From Lytechinus pictus (taxonomy: Eukaryota): a stretch of 64,000 bases of DNA. This document shows, one piece after another, positions 1 through 13,069 of the stretch. The translations under genes and the position numbers were made by a program. The stretch covers positions 3,412,001 to 3,476,000 of the forward strand of contig NC_087252.1 of the NCBI RefSeq assembly GCF_037042905.1, written 5' to 3'. Under the pieces are notes generated by a model. That model was not told the origin of the DNA and did not search any database. It was given only the letters and a program-made list of their open reading frames with translations. Each line of letters starts with the position of its first letter. The first letter of the stretch is position 1.

Positions 1-1278
1 TTCAAGCCAAATTTCGACAAAAATATCAACATAGTTTTATGGGTGCTAATTTCCTTCTCTTAAGTTTGTGTTCCTAACCCATTTTTAATTTTGTTATGTC
101 TTTGTTATGTCTTTGGGCAACCGATGGTTTGTGAAACATCATTGCAAATGTGTGTAAATTTTGCCCAAACCGAGTCATTTTGAATCAACCATGCAATTTT
201 GCAGTTTTCTAACTGTTAATCACGTTTTAGCCTAAAGTTTGGGCATGTTAAGATTGGGCAAACTCTATCATACAGTTGGTCAATTTGAGTTGAGTATTGG
301 TTGAAGGATAACCCTGTCGGGCAATCGTTGTCCAATAATTTAATCGAAATTGCTCAACTAGTTGTGTAAAAACTTATTAATATACATATTTTTGTTAATG
401 TCAAATCATGTATATAAGAGGGATTCTTAAACTTTAACTGTTATACTTTCAGTCGTCTCTTTACTCTTTTCGCACACGCATAGTAGGACACTTTAGAATG
501 GTAAGTTTTATTGAAAAATTACAAAAGAAAATATTTGAGAATAATGTGAAGGAAAATGAAAGTAAATTGAAATATGACGTATGAAAATATATTTTGTTGA
601 ATTTACTGCCGAAAAATAACGTTGAAACAATGCAATCAATGCCGTACGCAGATGGAGGGACCTTTCGCATTTTTTAACGATTTGGATCCCATTTTGGGTG
701 GATTTTTTTTGGGGGGGGAATTAATACAAAATACATATTCATGGAAATGTGTGTTCCTGACGTAGGATACCGGGAAATGTAAATAGCAAACATAAAACAA
801 TAATTATGATCACTAGCTGGCATAGCCAGGATTTTTTTAACAGGGGACCAAAGCGAGGGAGCGAGGCGACCGAGTGGGAAATGGTGTGGGACAACGATCT
901 TTGAAAATGTGCGCATCAAAAAGATTTTTTTTTTTAGTTCCTCAAATCAACGGGGGTGGGGGCTGGGCCATTGTAGTGCATTCAAGTGGGATGTACTTGT
1001 CATAGTCTCGAAGTTCAAAATCGCCTTCTTTTGTCTGAAATTGGGTATCTTCTATTAGGGTACTCAAGTTAGATTGGAAAAAATGACCCCCTATTCTCGG
1101 GGAAATTAAGAATTTGTGGCTTATTCCTGGCCTTATTGCTTATCGGATGTTGTGAAGAGTCCTATAGGTTTATGTTAATTTCAGGAATAAGGAGGTAAAG
1201 ATGGACTAGACTGTGAATGTGGTGAAAATCACAAAAACTTTAAACAGCAATGCTAACCCCTTCATTATGAAGGTGGCA

Positions 1279-1458
1279 TCATTAAACGAGTTTTTCCATT
1301 ATGTGTTTGTGCAATTTTGCCATTTTTGATTTGTTAGATTTACCTTGTCTTTATGTGTTCAGTCTTGCATTAAACGAGTTTTTTCCATTATGTGTTTGTG
1401 CAATTTTGCCATTTTTGATTTGTTAGATTTACCTTGTCTTTATGTGTTCAGTCTTGCA
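1279..1458. repeat. Tandem duplication of an ~88-bp unit
   Basis: CATTAAACGAGTTTTTCCATTATGTG...GTTCAGTCTTG occurs twice back to back, nearly identical. Confidence 0.9.
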
Positions 1459-1715
1459 TGCATAATGTATAAATATCCTTATTCTTATCCTATTTAATTT
1501 GATGTATGACACTGACTATCTATTTGGTTAGTACATGATATAATACGAGTAAAATAAGTGTCCACTTTTGTTTTCTGTTGAGTGTAGCTGAAAAGAGTCA
1601 TGGCTAATTTTCTTTGCAATAGAATTATTACATTACAGAGATAACGAGAACACCAAAGACAACTATTTCATCCCTTACAGGGCCCCAGACAGCCCGCCCG
1701 TAAAATGCCCCCAAC

Positions 1716-2137
1716 CAGTGTTTCCAAGTTCAAGAAATTTACCCAAATTCCGAAAATCCAGGCAATCTCCAGGTAATTGTCAGGAAACAATTCCAGGAAA
1801 TATTAGAAATAATATAGAAAGATGTTTTTAATCAGTTTTCACTGAAACTAGTAAATTCTAACGACGAAGTGGAACTTGCCACTGCTCAAAACTGTCGCTC
1901 ACTCGCAGAATTAAATTTATTCCATTCCTAATTTCGCGTGAATAACCTCAAGCAAAATTATACTGTACATGTCACATATTCACAAGAGAAAAACAAGATT
2001 ATGTCTTTTATTTATTTTTTATTTATTTATTTTTTTTTTTTTTGGGGGGGGGGGACTAATTCCAGGAAATTTATTCAAATTCCGGGAAATTTAGGATCCC
2101 ATTCCAGGAAATAAATTTCTTAGGAGTGGAAACACTG
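1716..2137. mobile_element. hAT-like MITE
   Basis: TIRs CAGTGTTTCCA / TGGAAACACTG; internal TTCCAGGAAA motifs; no clear 8-bp TSD. Confidence 0.55.
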
Positions 2138-2174
2138 ACTGGGCATGTGTATTACTTCCAGTTAAAATGACGAG

Positions 2175-2515
2175 AATAGTGATGATCATCATGATGATTG
2201 TGGTGGTGGATTTGATAGTGATGGTGGTGATGATGATGATGATAGTGATGATGATGATGATGATGATAGTGATGATGGTGATGGTGATAATGATGATGAT
2301 GATGATAGTGATGATGATGATGATGATAGTGATGATGATGATGGTGATGATGATGATGATGATAGTGATGATGATGATAGTGATGATGGTGATGATGATG
2401 ATGATGATGATAGTGATGATGATGATAGTGATGATGATGATGGTGATGATGATGATGATGATGATGATGAAACTGCTGCCACTGATGATAGTTGCGGTGA
2501 TGACGATAGTGATAG
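2175..2515. repeat. (GAT)n-type microsatellite / low-complexity repeat
   Basis: Long GATGAT/GATAGT/GATGGT run; explains the poly-His/Met/Ser ORFs; a related inverted copy lies at ~9170-9360. Confidence 0.95.
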
Positions 2516-2657
2516 CTTATTTTGCTCGATATATGCCAAAATGTCTGGCACTTAAAGAGATCCAGGGATGAATGTAAAGAAAGTACTACAACACCCCCCC
2601 CCCCCCAAGATGAAAAATAAATGTATGCAAATGTCAAGATTTAAAAGATGACATGCG

Positions 2658-3030
2658 TCACAATGAAAATAAACTGGTATAAAACGAATAGATTATCACC
2701 AAAAAAAGAGAGAAAAGATGAACCATCCTGGTGAACATAAACCATGTATGTGACAATGAAATAAAAAGATCATATGAAGAAGATTTAAAAAAAAAGGAAT
2801 ATGCAAAAAGAAAAAAAGAGAATTGAACCATCTTGGTGAACATAAACCATGTATGTGATAATGAAAATAAAAAGATTGTATGAAGATAATTTAAAAAAAA
2901 GGGAATATGAAAAAAGAAAAGAAAAGATTTAACCATCTCGGTGAACATGAACCATGTATGTGTTATGAAAATTAGAATGATATAAACAAGAAAACAAAAC
3001 AAAACAAAAGAACCATCGTGGTGAACATTA
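2658..3030. repeat. Degenerate ~110-bp tandem repeat (3-4 copies)
   Basis: Recurrent AACCATC-TGGTGAACATAAACCATGTATGTG motif. Confidence 0.75.
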
Positions 3031-3533
3031 CATGGGTGTATCCAGGATTTCACACCCCGGGGGGCCCGACCTGATTTTGGCGCCCCTGTGTACTTTTCAA
3101 AAGATGGCGCCCCCTCCAGGCAAACATAGGCATACGGCTAAAATTCATGTTAAAATAATTTATTAAAGCATTTATATCATGTATATGAAGCCCTTCTTGA
3201 AAGTTAAATGATTTGTTTTCTTTTCTTTTCTTAATATTTAACTGGAAACATCGCACCTCCAAATTAATATAAAATCATGTGAGAGCGAGTTGAAATTTGT
3301 CCATCAATTTATAGTGATTTGAAAGCAAGCCAATGTAAATTGCTGTTTTGCAATAATCATCATATATAAATGTGGTGTATAATCATGATAATCTGGTTAC
3401 AAGAAAAAATCGGAAAGTGGAAATTTTCTCAATACGAGTGATCTGGAATAGGACGCTTTATGCATTTTAAGGGGGTCATAACTCCTCATAATGTAATAAC
3501 CTCTTTAGAGTGACCAGAAGGCATGGAAGTTAA

Positions 3534-5213
3534 AGTACACATTCAAAGCCAATCAATAAAAATAGCAATCTATATATCAATTTAAAGCGGAAAGCATGTA
3601 GAAGACAATGAAATCCATTATTACTCATATAAATTAATAAGAATTTATCAAAACGCATTTTTAGAAAGGCCTCTCATATGGCTCCGGACACACCGATTGC
3701 CGGTAGCGAAACGAGCGATTTCTTGATGGCGTCAATTTATGGGCAAACATACCAACGTTGCAAGTGACCCGAGCTAATGTTCATACTTATACACGGCCGG
3801 ACTGTGATATCCGATGTTTCATGGGCTTGGTTTTAGTCCTATTTACATGATTGTAAGCACCAAAAAAATAAATAAAAATAAGGTTCAGCTATAGAATAGT
3901 AACTCCCCTTTGACTTTGAGGGGATGATTTCTGAGGATCTAGTCTCCCGACTATTTTCGATGTACGAAAAATCATAACATTATAGACAGAGACCAGAGAA
4001 TATCATCGCGTATCTAGCTCAAAGTTCGAACGTAATATCAGTTTACAGATCGTAAGAAAACCCAAATAATTTAGATGTAAATGCTGAAAATAAAGATATC
4101 TAGACATAAACAAGCAGAACGATTTCTACCAATACATATTTTTTCTTTTTTTCTCGATCTCTTGACGATTTCGAGAGGTTTGCTTATATATTCATATATA
4201 TCCAGGCATTGAGCGCAGGATACGCTACTCAGGAGCAGAGAAGCAGTATTTAAAAAAATGGTACAAGCGGGGGAAAAATAATTTAGGTATCAAATCTTCT
4301 CAAACGATATGTGTTTGTGGTATCAAGTTAAAGCCGAAAGATTTTTCTTGCTGATACACTTTATTTCGTATAATTTGCTTTTGTAAAACAAAGAATTAAC
4401 TAAATTTTGTGCGATGAGGAAAGTATATAAGCCCTGTGTTCGTAAGCGAATTATGCACTGCTGTATGCGCTCCGGTCATCAGCTCTCCGTGTATCATAGT
4501 GCCTATTATGTCCGAAACCGGCCTACACAATGCCATAGACACGTACATGCGCAAAATTGATTTTTCTTGATTGTAGAAGAATAATAAAAAACCCAAGATC
4601 TACAACACCCAATGAGATATATATAAAAATATGCAGAAGAAAGTCTGTTTTTCTTGCTTTAAGAAAATACCAAACACTGACAGGTTTTGATTGATCATCA
4701 TACTAAAAAAAAAAAAGTTTTCCGCTAAGTTGTACCATTTTTATTGATACAGACTGTATAATTATTGCGTAATTTTAGTGTTGATGAATCTATTTCAGCC
4801 TGTTCATTTTCTTCTTCAAAATCTTCGATTTCAAAATCAAATTCTAGACTCATCTCTAACTCTGCCATTGTTGACTCTAGTACTAGTCAGGTTTTTTGTT
4901 TTAGTGTAGGCCTACACGGGCAGGACTGGTATGTACACGGGTAATACTGCCTATGCGTTATACACACAAATGGCCTAGCTCGCGAAAGCCATAGCAGAGT
5001 GTTTGCCCATGGATTGACGTCAACGCATCTACGTGTATTTCGGGGACGTGTTTGGGGGCGTTTCGGGAGGGGCGTCTTAGCAGTTTTTGATTGGCGATTT
5101 CTGCGTTCCAGATTTTTTTTTTAATTTGGGGGATAGTGTAATAATGATCCTCATGTCATTACCTTCGCATTGACATCAAATTCGACCATTTTTATTACCT
5201 ATGAATGTGTACT
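3534..5213. mobile_element. Non-autonomous Kolobok-type element
   Basis: TTAA|AGTACACATTCA ... TGAATGTGTACT|TTAA (12-bp TIR, TTAA TSD); acidic ORF start MAELEMSLEFDFEIEDFEEE on - strand at 4868. Confidence 0.7.
4240..4757. mobile_element. Tc1/mariner-type MITE nested in the Kolobok derivative
   Basis: Right end GTACCATTTTTATTGATACAGACTG|TA (CAGT terminus plus TA); degenerate left counterpart AAAAATGGTACAA near 4255. Confidence 0.45.
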
Positions 5214-5324
5214 TTAAGCACTGCACTTTGGGGTTTCAATTTTGTTTATCGTTTCTTCACTATAAAGGGCGGAAAATTTCTATGCTATAGTTATCTGAAA
5301 ACAGGAAATTATTTTTCTCAATAC

Positions 5325-6996
5325 CATAGGCGGATCCAGGGGGGGCCGAAGGGGCCGCGGCCCCCCCTATTGGCGGCGCAAGAAAAGAGAAAAAAGGGGG
5401 AAAAGAAGAGAAAAAGAAGGAGAAGAAGAAAAAGAAGAAAAGGAAGGAGAGAAGAAAAAAAAAGGAAGGAGAGGAGAAAGAAAAGAAGAAGAAAAGTAAG
5501 GAGAGGAGGAAGAAAAGAAGAAGAAGAAAATAAAGGGAGGGGAACTTAAAAAATGCAAATGGCGACACTTTCAGGTCAATAAATCGAAAAATTTCAGCTC
5601 GCGCTTTGCGCTCGCATTACTTGTTTATTGAGATACGTATCCGGTTCATGGGGATTACAAGAAGCGCTTAAAATATCCCAAAAAATTCAGCTCGCGCTTC
5701 GCGCTCGCATTATTTGTTTAACTCTTTGAATGCCACATTAATTTGAAGCACATAAAGTAGATCTTTCTCTTTCAATTTTTAAAATAATATGAAAAAGTTT
5801 TGAGTGGCGTGAACGATGGATATTAGTCTTCAGACATGATACAAGCAGTATTGTTGTTTTTCAGATCCTCTAGCCCCAGCATTAAGGAGAAATGAATTAT
5901 TACGATTGTACAGTTAATAAGTACAATTGTGCAAAAATGCGAACTTGGCACACAAAGAGTTAAGTAGATACATATCTTGTTCATGAGGATTACAAACACG
6001 CCTTAAAAAGTGCCCCGTTCTCAGGTCACTATATCAACAAATTCCAGCTCGCGCTTCGCGCTCGCATTAGGCCTATTTCTTTAAGGATATACATCTATGT
6101 ATCCTGTTCATGAGGATTCAAAAAAGCGTTTAAAATGCCCCGTTTTCAGGTCACTATATCAAAAATTTTCAGCTCGCGCTTCGCGCTCGCATTATTCGTT
6201 TCAGGAGAAACATATCCTGTTCACGAGGATTACAAAACACGCCTTAAAAAGTGCCCCGTTCTCAGGTCACTATATCAACAAATTCCAGCTCGCGCTTCGC
6301 GCTCACTTTAGGCCTATTTCTTTAAGGATATACTTCTATGTATCCTGTTCATGAGGATTCCAAAAAGCGTTTAAAATGCTCCGTTTTCAGGTCACTATAT
6401 CAACAATTTTCAGCTCGCGCTTCGCGCTCGCATTATTTGTTTCAGGAGAAACATATCCTGTTCATGAGGATTACAAAACACGCTTTAAGAAGTGCCCCGT
6501 TTTCAGGTCACTATATATAAAAAAATTCCAGCTCGCGCATCGCGCTCGCATTAAGCCTATTTCTTTAAGGATATATATCTATGTATCCTGTCCATGAGGA
6601 TTACAAAAAGCGCTTAAAATGTCCCGTTTCACGTCAATATATCAACAAAATTCAGCTCGCGCTTCGCGCTTGCATTATTTGTTTAATTAGATACGTATCC
6701 TGTTCATGAGAATTATAAAAAGCGCTTAAAATGCCCCGCTTCAGGTCAATATATCAACAACAAAAATGCTCGCTCTTCGCGCTCGCATTATCTGTTTAAT
6801 GAGATATACATAATCATGTTCGTGAAGTTGAAAATAAAGCTCAAAAGTGCTTAAAATACACTGTCTTTAGGACTACCCCCCCCACCCCCCCCCCCCCCCC
6901 TACGCGGCTTTTTAGCTCTTCGAGCAGCCGATCGAGGAAAATACGGATGGAACTTTTTTCCGGCCCCCCTATTGGAAAATGCTGGATCCGCCCCTG
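5325..6996. mobile_element. MITE with internal ~240-bp tandem repeats
   Basis: CATAGGCGGATCCAG ... CTGGATCCGCCCCTG termini; purine-rich tract; repeated CAGCTCGCGCTTCGCGCTCGC units at 5590-6800. Confidence 0.65.
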
Positions 6997-7232
6997 CAAC
7001 CGATCGTAAGCTACGGGGCACGTGCGTGCCCCGTAGCTTGCGTCGCCCGTAGAACATTTCTGCGATTCCTACGGTTTTGATATGGCTGTAGAAAAGGTAC
7101 TGCAAAAACCTCCTGCGTGCCGTGCCTGCTCCGTGCGTGTCTGAAAAAAACGTGCGTGCGACGTAGAATTTTTCTACGGAATCCGCCGTAGAGAGGTGCA
7201 CGTTGCACGTACGACCAGTTGTGACCACGGCA
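6997..7232. mobile_element. Terminal fragment of a Harbinger-like element
   Basis: Ends TGTGACCACGGCA|TAA; CGTAG/CTACG subterminal motifs. Confidence 0.4.
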
Positions 7233-8096
7233 TAAGGCCTGCACTCAAGAAGCAATGAATGAATTCGGTTTTAGAAGCCAATTTGTAAACTGATGAAATA
7301 AAAGTTTAGATTGGGGTATATGTGCGATTATGGAAGTAAGGGTTGCTACATCTCTGAAATGGGGCCCCCTTGAGTGACCTCGAAATTCCAGCATTTCATA
7401 CCGAAAATCATTTTATGAAAAATATTACCAAAAAAACAAATGTATTGATGCTTTATATATGCCATTTACGATGAACACGGTATTTACATATAGGTTCCTT
7501 ACAATGCGAGATTTGCTTCATTTTTGGAGCTCAACATTTTCCACTCGAGCTGCGCGCTCGCATTTTCCTATTTTAAATTATTTGCAGAACAACATCAACA
7601 AGAAGAAAACGGAAAAAAAAAAAATTCGTGAGTTCCAATACCGCCAAATAAAATTCAGTGCATGCAGCTCTTAATATATTTTGGGCATTGCAGCTTACCC
7701 CTCTCAATCCAGCATGTAGGCCTATGTCTATACCTTATTTATGATTCTTTTTTCTTTTCTTTTTTTCATATTTAGGATGTAATATTTGCTTTATTCAAGA
7801 CCTCAACATTTTTCGCTCGCGCTTCGCGCTTGCATCATCTTATTATCTCTGTAGTTATTTGCAGAAGAAATATAAAACTCAGCGTATATGCAGCAAAAAA
7901 TACATTTTCCGCCTTCCTGGTGTGATCCCCCGAGTGGAGACAAATGTACGTCCTTGCTGAGTGATTCACCCCTCCCCACTTGTTAAGACCTGCATGCCCT
8001 CACCCCCATTTTCAAAAACGCTCTGCGGCCCCTCAACTTTAGTTCCGCCTCCTCAAGATGTGCACCTCCCCATGCCCAAATCAGCCCACGCCCTTT

Positions 8097-9195
8097 GATG
8101 ATGGAAATGATGATGTGATCATTATCGTTAAGACGAATATCATGACTATGGTGGCAATAATTCATTTGTAATTGCAATAGTTGCAAGAAAATCTGTATGG
8201 TAAACATGCATGTAGTCATGATAAAAATCCCAAATTATATTATCTGCTAGCAGTAAAATAAATTAGTGGAGATGTGTTACAGCTCTGTATCTATGTTGGA
8301 TTTAAAAAAATATTATATTCATGATTCTCCTTGAACCTTGCTCAAAGCCATACTAATTAATAAATCTATTATTTCATTTGTGCTCTGGTAGATATTGAAT
8401 TGCACATTAACATGATGTTGAGTACTAGTAATAGATCTAAGTTTGTACCTGATTAAAACATTTAAGTGCTGAATAAATTGTGTGATCCTTTCTGTCTCTC
8501 TCCTCTGTTTTTTCATAACTTATTCTTACCCATTTCCTCTCTCTCTGTCTCATCTCTCCTCCTCTCGAATTGTATCTCCATATTCCACTTCTCTCCTCTC
8601 CCCCTCATTTGAATTCACTTCCTCCATCTCTTTCTCCCATTCCCTATCATCGTTTATCCCCTTTCCCGTACCCCCCCTCTCTCTCCCCTCAGTCACACCC
8701 ACAAATCAATCTCAATTCTCCACTTCGTATCTTCACCCTCTCCCCCCCCCCTCTGTCACACCCACAAATCAATCTCAATTCTCCACTTCGTATCTTCACC
8801 CTCTCTCCCCCCCCCCCCCCTCTGTCACACCCACAAATCAATCTCAATTCTCCACTTCGTATCTTCACCCTCTCTCCCCCCCCCTTCTGTCACACCCACA
8901 AATCAATCTCAATTCTCCACTTCGTATCTTTACCCTATCACTCCCCCCCCCCCCTCCCCCTCTGTCACACCCACAAATCAATTGAGCTGTAACAACACAT
9001 CTCCACTAACTTATTTTACTGCTGGCAGATAATATAATTTGGGATTTTTATCATGACTACATACTTGTAGTAGGCATGTTTACCATACAGATTTTCTTGC
9101 AACTATTGCAATTACAAATTAATTATTGCCATCATAGTCATGATGATCGTCTTAACGTTATCGTGATCGCATCATCACTATCATTTCCATCATCA
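8097..9195. repeat. ~190-bp inverted repeat pair flanking a ~62-bp minisatellite
   Basis: 8097-8285 is the reverse complement of ~8984-9195; five copies of TGTCACACCCACAAATCAATCTCAATTCTCCACTTCGTATCTT lie between them (8690-8982). Confidence 0.85.
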
Positions 9196-9702
9196 TCATC
9201 AGCAGCATCACCACCATCATCATCATCATCGCAACTATCATCAGTGACAGTATCAGTTTCATCATCACTATCATCAGCAGCATCACTAAAATCACCACCA
9301 TCATCATCATCATCACTATCATCATCGCCACATTCACTATCAAATCCACCACCACAACCATCCCTCCCTCAACTTCCAGCACCCTTGGTGTGGCGTTAGT
9401 TGAGCAAGTCGATGAAGGGTTAGTCGAGTCATGTGCTCCAACCTATATACATCTCGTATATTCAAGTGATAATTTATTGAAAAAGCATACATTTGTATAA
9501 CTTTAGCCTTATTCCAAAGTCTTTCATCTTTTGAAAATTTATCTTATGATTATCATCATTCAATATGAAGGCATAGTTGACAGGGTGGTTGAGCGACAGA
9601 AGTAAGGGGTTAGTTGAGGTATGTCATATTATATCCAGTCTAGAAGGTTGTGCCATTTTAACTGTATGTGTGTATTTCCTATAACAAGCAGATAGTATGC
9701 AC

Positions 9703-10065
9703 TGTTACAACCGGTAATGTCGCAGCGACGCATGTCACACCAATATACAAATGATGCTCATTTCTGAATGTTTCGGTAGGAAAGGAATGGTTTAACACAC
9801 GAGGTGCAACCGAGTGGGTTTAGACTTAGTTTCTATAGTTACCAAATGCACACTATTCATATCGACAGACAAAATCCGTTTTATAGAATGGGGGTCAAAT
9901 TTTTGCTCCAAATCCATTTTTTTTTTACCCATGCATGGCAAAATTTACTGACGCAAGCCATAATTTACCGACGCAAGACAAAATTTACCAACGCATGTTT
10001 CGACCCATTCAATAATATGTGTAGGTGTGACATTATGCGCCGCTGCTACATTACCGGTTGTAACA
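9703..10065. mobile_element. MITE with TGT...ACA termini (Ginger-like)
   Basis: TIR TGTTACAACCGGTAATGT / ACATTACCGGTTGTAACA; 5-bp TSD TGCAC on both sides. Confidence 0.75.
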
Positions 10066-13000
10066 TGCACTACATACAGTATTGCTATTTGAGCTTCACT
10101 CAAAACTAGATTCAACGATAACTATGCATGGGCATGACCATATGCAAATAGTGGCTCAACTATTAAAAACCCACTCTTCCCTACATGAAAACAATAATTT
10201 TAAATGAAATTCGAATACGCAATATTTCAACAAATAGAGGAATTATATATTCTTTATTATTTTTTTTAGCAAAGTCTTCAACAGGGTAAAACAACAATAA
10301 CATCATACTGATGACCAAACTTGTAAAACACAATCAACTTTTTTTTAACATCAAGCCTTTTACCTTCTTCAGATTGTTTTGTGATATGTCAGTGGTGGAA
10401 CGCTTGTACCACAGTTTGGTGCGATACCAAATCCAGAAAATGGGCAGCTATAAATTACATGACTCAAGTAATCTACAGATGGATGAAATCATAGCATGCA
10501 TCAACAATAATTTCTACTGCTTGATGCAGGAGTGCAGTTCAAGAGAGTCTGCGACACTGCATGGCAGAATTACACAGGAATTATGTTCAACAACTGAACA
10601 AAATAAATGAAATGATGAAAAATATGCACTGCTGAGTGAAAATAATCAATCATGATAGTCTGTAAATATAGAGAGCCACTGGTCCATGTCAATCACTACC
10701 TGGAAGCTTAATGGTCCATAATCCTTCTAGACCAAAATGTCAACTTGGGCATGAAGATTTATTTCATTTTCCAGATACCTTCATTGATTTATTGTTTTAA
10801 ACATACAATATCTTTGAAGGAATTTACAAACAGAAATGTGCCAAAGGGATTGACAGTAAATATCACGGCTAGAAACAAGAAGACTATAGTTGTTTTCAAA
10901 TAGCTGATCTTTTAAATAAGCATTGTTCCATTGGGGTACTTCCCAAACCACACATACAATGACGCTACATGAATATCATGTGCCCTTGAATGACATGTTA
11001 ATGATATAAACCGAGGTCTGGCTCACTTTCGCAAAAAGGAGCAAGTGACAAATCACTTGAATCTGAATTAATAATGCGTTTAGACTGTTCTCATTATACC
11101 CCACTTCCATGGAAAATATGGAGCAAGAACTCCTATTGTCACTAATCAAATATCAGTGTGTCACTATGTAAATGGCAGATGTGATTTGCTTTTTCATGAA
11201 TTATCACTTTTGCCCCTTGCTACCAGATGAACTTGATATTACTACCCAATAATAAATAGTCCACCCCCCCCCCCCCTCCTGGGGATGGGGTGGGTGTCTT
11301 ATCTGGACCATGGACTAACATGAATGATTATCTATTCTTAATAAAGTCTTGAACATGGTAAAACAACAACATTGCCTTGCTTATACTTACAAAACTCGTA
11401 AAACAGAATGAAAAAGAGAATGGTTTCCAAATGGCACTATGATAAGAGTTACAAACTGTAACACTACATAAAAACATCATTTAACAAGGTGATCCGCGGA
11501 TCACTCGTGTCGCCTAATGTAGCGGTCACCATCGTCTATGAATATATGACTAGTAGGTGTCTCCAAACCTTCAGTTTAGGCGACACAAAAATCGTTTCAC
11601 GATTACTTGCACAAATAAAGGAATGATTATTTATCCTTCATAATAAAGACCTGTACAACAGAAAACTTGAAAATAAACCAACTAGCAAGTAAAACAGAAT
11701 AAGAAACAGAATCATTCACAAATGATTCATCATTTGAGTTTGAATACTGGTAAGTAGCTTTCAAAATGTTGTCAAATTTTGTTTCCATATGATCTGCCTT
11801 ACATTATTTTAGATTTCTGGAGCTCTATTAAAGTTTTTTTTTCTTTCTTTCAGAGAAGAAATAGATTCTCTAAGACTCTTTCTTTTTGTCAAAATCTAAG
11901 ATTGAAAAAGCCTTAAAAATGGTTGAAGTCATGTACATTGGGTTATCTTTTTTCCTTAGTGCGCTTTACATAAAAGTGATGCAAAATCTATAGTTTCTTT
12001 CTTTGCTCTTTCCTAGTAGTCCAGTCAAAATGTGAAATAACCCAAAACAAATTAGAACAGAAACCATTTTACTTGTACATGATTGAGAAAGTCTTGTAAA
12101 TAACATATCAAAAGTTTACCGAAATGGGAGCATTGGAACAATGTTTAATTTGCATAAAAGCAAAATAGCTGTCATTCCAGACTCTTTTACTTATATTTCA
12201 AGATCTGAATTAGGAAGAGATGCTATTTTTCAATCTTTACTTATGTATTCTTGTTTTAGGGTATGTGGTCATAACCTTCTTGATACTATATGATTTTCCT
12301 GTTGTTCCTAATAAAAAGATCACTGATAACAAAATAAAATTAATCCCTGTTGGAGTCTTGAACTAGGCTAAAGTCAGGTTAACAAAGTCATTGGAAATGA
12401 TATTTTTGGAGCAAATCAACATGCCTACATGTACTTTTAACAGATTATGGAAACTCATCATGACTTGGTTAATGTTTTCAAGGCAAAGCAAAAGAAGAGT
12501 GTGCTATTTACATGACCATGTTATTAGAATGGAGGGGGCACCCACCCCCACCCCCTTATTAAAAGTGTCAACAAACTGTGTCAAAAACCGAATATTTGCA
12601 AATCACAGAAATTATTGAAATTTACCAAATTAATCCATGAAACATTTCTGTACATGCATTGTAAGCACAGCCGTCACTTCCAAATGCCCGTTTCCATTAA
12701 TCACAATTATAAGTAATAGCAAGTCACCCTAGCTCCCTCTTATTAAATGTGCCCATTTAATCTATAATTTTCCTGTTTTCGATACTCAAATGGTTCGATC
12801 ACCCCTAAAATGCAACTCCAATCTCCAAAATTATATTCACCAGATATTCTTTTAGAGTATTCCTATGAATCAAAATTACGATAATTATAATCATTAGCCG
12901 TGTTCATTTTAATCTTACAATCCATGCATATTTGAAACAGGCAGGAGTAGCCATATGATGAGACCTCCCCCATCCCCCTTCCTGAAGCAAAATAATATCA

Positions 13001-13069
13001 TGCATTATGCTCACTGAGAAGTGCTCCTAGAGGTTAAAGCAATTACTGCCTTAAATGGCATCTGCCCCA

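Noticed and set aside
2152..2637. His-, Met- and Ser-rich ORFs
   Set aside because: Translations of a (GAT)n microsatellite
5205..6597. Lys/Arg-rich and repeated MYPVHED ORFs
   Set aside because: Arise from a purine tract and tandem repeats inside a MITE
10311..10610. Possible last exon of the missing IS3EU-like integrase
   Set aside because: A plausible acceptor exists at ~10371, but I recognise no motif in any frame
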